A DNA stretch of 64,000 bases from assembly GCF_025526975.1 (NCBI RefSeq), contig NW_026515670.1, positions 496,001-560,000 on the forward strand, read 5' to 3'. A model generated the notes under the pieces. It ran no database searches, was not told where the DNA came from, and saw only the letters and a list, made by a program, of their open reading frames with translations. Position 1 is the first letter of the stretch; each line of letters starts with the position of its first letter. This document shows positions 61,822-64,000 of the stretch, in pieces. The DNA comes from Fimicolochytrium jonesii (Eukaryota). Made by a program: the position numbers and the translations under genes.

Positions 61822-63331
61822 TCAGTCCTGTCCGGATTTCGTGACAATGCGCTGTGGGAAGCAAAAAGAACATTCCGATCAACATACACGCCCCATACAC
61901 GCACTCCCAAATCCCCACAAACAACCTACCTCCAACGTGCCCCCCACCTGCCCCCCTACAAACGGCTCCCTCACCCCCTTTTCCATCTCCTCCTCCTCTC
62001 CGCCCGCATCCATATCCACCTGGGATCCGCCCACATGTACCTTCTCAATCGGTGTGGAGGAGTACGTCCACACGGACGCGACGACGAGGAGCCCGCCGAG
62101 GAGGAAGGGTGGGGTGAGTTGGAAATCGCCGATGATGGAGGAGAGGGCCCCGCTGGCGATGATGGAGAGGGCTATGGCGGAGTTTTTGACGATGTTGTCT
62201 GAAGGGTGAGAGGGGGAAGTGATATGTTTAGACAGAGGAAGAGCTTGAAGGGGCGTCTTACGGAACAGAGGACCAACTTAACGTACCGGCGTATTTGATA
62301 ACGGTAGCAACGAGCAACCCTCCCACAGCGCTCAGCAAAACCGCACAGGTCGTAGCCCACCCATACCCCGCAAAGAATCCATTCTCAACAATAGTCGCGC
62401 GATCATTCAGCAGGATCCCAAACACGCCGCAGAACAGCGATCCGAAACACGACAGCTGCACGTTTCTGACAAGCAGTGAGGTGGGTGTGTCCTTCAGCAT
62501 TCGTTCCAGGTATACGCCCGAGAACCCGGACGAGACGCAGATCATGCCGACGGCCGCAAGGCCGATTAGGCGTTCGAAGGCTTTTGCGGCGTTGGCGGCT
62601 GTTGTCCCCGCTGTAGTGCCTGCGGCCGCTAGTGTCGCGGACGTGGAGGATCCGAGGTGTGGTAGTTGGGTCATGGCTAGACCGGCGGTCAGCACTCCCA
62701 GGGAAACCCATTGCGCCAGGGAGAGACGTTTTCGGAGCATGATGACGGAGAACACGGCGGTGGTGAGGATGCGGAGCTGAAGGGTGACTGTTCGCAATGA
62801 AAACGTCAGTTCAGCAATCCAACATATATTCCGGGGCATACAAGAGGTGAGTGAACACACACCTTGATGTGTAGTGGCATCCAACCGCGCCAATGCGAAA
62901 TAGTGCAGCCAGTTCTGGATCGTATACAGGCCCGCGGGAATAGCCATCTTCGCCCAACTCGACTTTTGCCCGAACGCATCCAGGTATAACTTCCTCCCCG
63001 AACTCGCCACAGGTGCCCCCGTCCGCCCGTCCTGCCAGATGTAGATCGCAGCGCACACCAGTGCTTTTATCACCTCGGAAAGGAACACGGCCGTCGATGC
63101 GACGGCATTCCGCTCGGTTGCTGACTTCCGTGCCCACCGGAGAACCATGACCGAAATGGTGTTTTGGGCTGCGAGTGCCAGTAGGGCGCCATATTTCAGT
63201 CGTGCTGTAAGTTTTTAAGGATGAATGGTTCGTAAGCCATGGAGGGCGGATGAAACACCGGGTGATGGATGGGATGACTTACTTGCGTTCACACCACCAC
63301 CTCTCGATAGTATGGGGGAATAAGCTCTCAT
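61822..63331 (-). CDS. UDP-galactose/UDP-GlcNAc-type nucleotide-sugar transporter (SLC35A family)
   Basis: Exons 63331-63283, 63204-62863, 62786-62287, 62198-61930, probable last exon 61851-61822. STAVFLSEVIK, IPAGLYTIQN, QVTLQLRILTTAVFS, SSGFSGVYLE, RNVQL, GGLLVATVIKYADNIVK. Confidence 0.92.
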
Positions 63332-64000
63332 TTTGCTGGAAGATACTGTAACAGGGGAGAATAAACCGAAAGTAACTCTACTTGCAGGCGAGGGCATCAA
63401 CTGTTGTTGGTGGGAAATTGCACAAGTCAATATGTGACAAAGCACCAGTAGTGCGGACGCCAGTCTCCACCACAACAGAGCGCTATGCAAAAGCGGTGCA
63501 GTCTTCAAGTGCCATTCCCAGAGGACTCACCTGGTAGTGCCAGTCCCTTCAAATTTATGTCAGGGGGCAGATTCCGCGGAAGTTCGCAAGAAGTGACGAA
63601 TATGTGCACTTGAAACTGGACGCACAGACTCAGTGAAGGGCACTCACTCTCTTTGGAGCGAGCGGCCTATGAACGCCGTTATATAGGTAGGTTAGGGTAT
63701 GGGTGGTTGGCGCATGTAGATATATGCCTGTGCCGAGTGCCCGCCGACTGCTCCGGTGGACCCCACGTAATAATAAGTTCCCCAGCGGCCTGTTCCATTC
63801 TGCATTCTGCGGATTGTTCTTGCTGCTGTCATTTTTGCGAGTCGCGACAGATGCCCCCAGATGGGCCACCCGGCTTTCCACTCGTTCCCCCTTCAAGGGA
63901 TTAAAGTCACGTGCTCCTGCCTCCACGCGTCGCGCTTACGTGATCCTCGCGCTGATGGAGAGGGGCGACCAAAGCGAGCGCACCGAACACCGCATAGAAA

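Overview
Eukaryotic genomic DNA with short GT-AG spliceosomal introns, most likely from a zoosporic (chytrid-like) early-diverging fungus. That assignment is an inference from talin and a CCDC138-like gene sitting alongside fungal-type genes (chitin deacetylase, Pho84, Xpt1/Hpt1-type PRTase). About 19 protein genes are supported: talin (partial), purine PRTase, MAU2/Scc4, UNC-50, a small GPI protein, CCDC138, a CRN-Ubl/TM/beta-propeller protein, chitin deacetylase, a rolling-stone-like membrane protein, PHO84, a C2H2 factor, a small conserved hypothetical protein, MED22, RPS5, histone H1, a secreted Thr-rich protein, a BRCC36-like pseudo-DUB, and two nucleotide-sugar transporters. There are also weaker ankyrin-like and F-box-like ORFs and one intron-containing tRNA-Tyr(GTA). 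A Tc1/mariner-type MITE is nested inside a deleted PIF/Harbinger-type element, and several tracts of decayed ORFs lie between genes. The most notable observations are: (1) a Crinkler-type N-terminal domain on a receptor-like membrane protein; (2) a catalytically dead BRCC36-like MPN protein with a long Q/H-rich tail; (3) the nested transposons plus promoter-biased TACAGTA motifs that look like excision footprints; (4) a Pho4-like/CCAAT module upstream of PHO84; (5) a 5-nt microexon in RPS5; (6) a GCTCG-array insertion in an intron. All family calls come from motif recognition by eye; no database searches were run.
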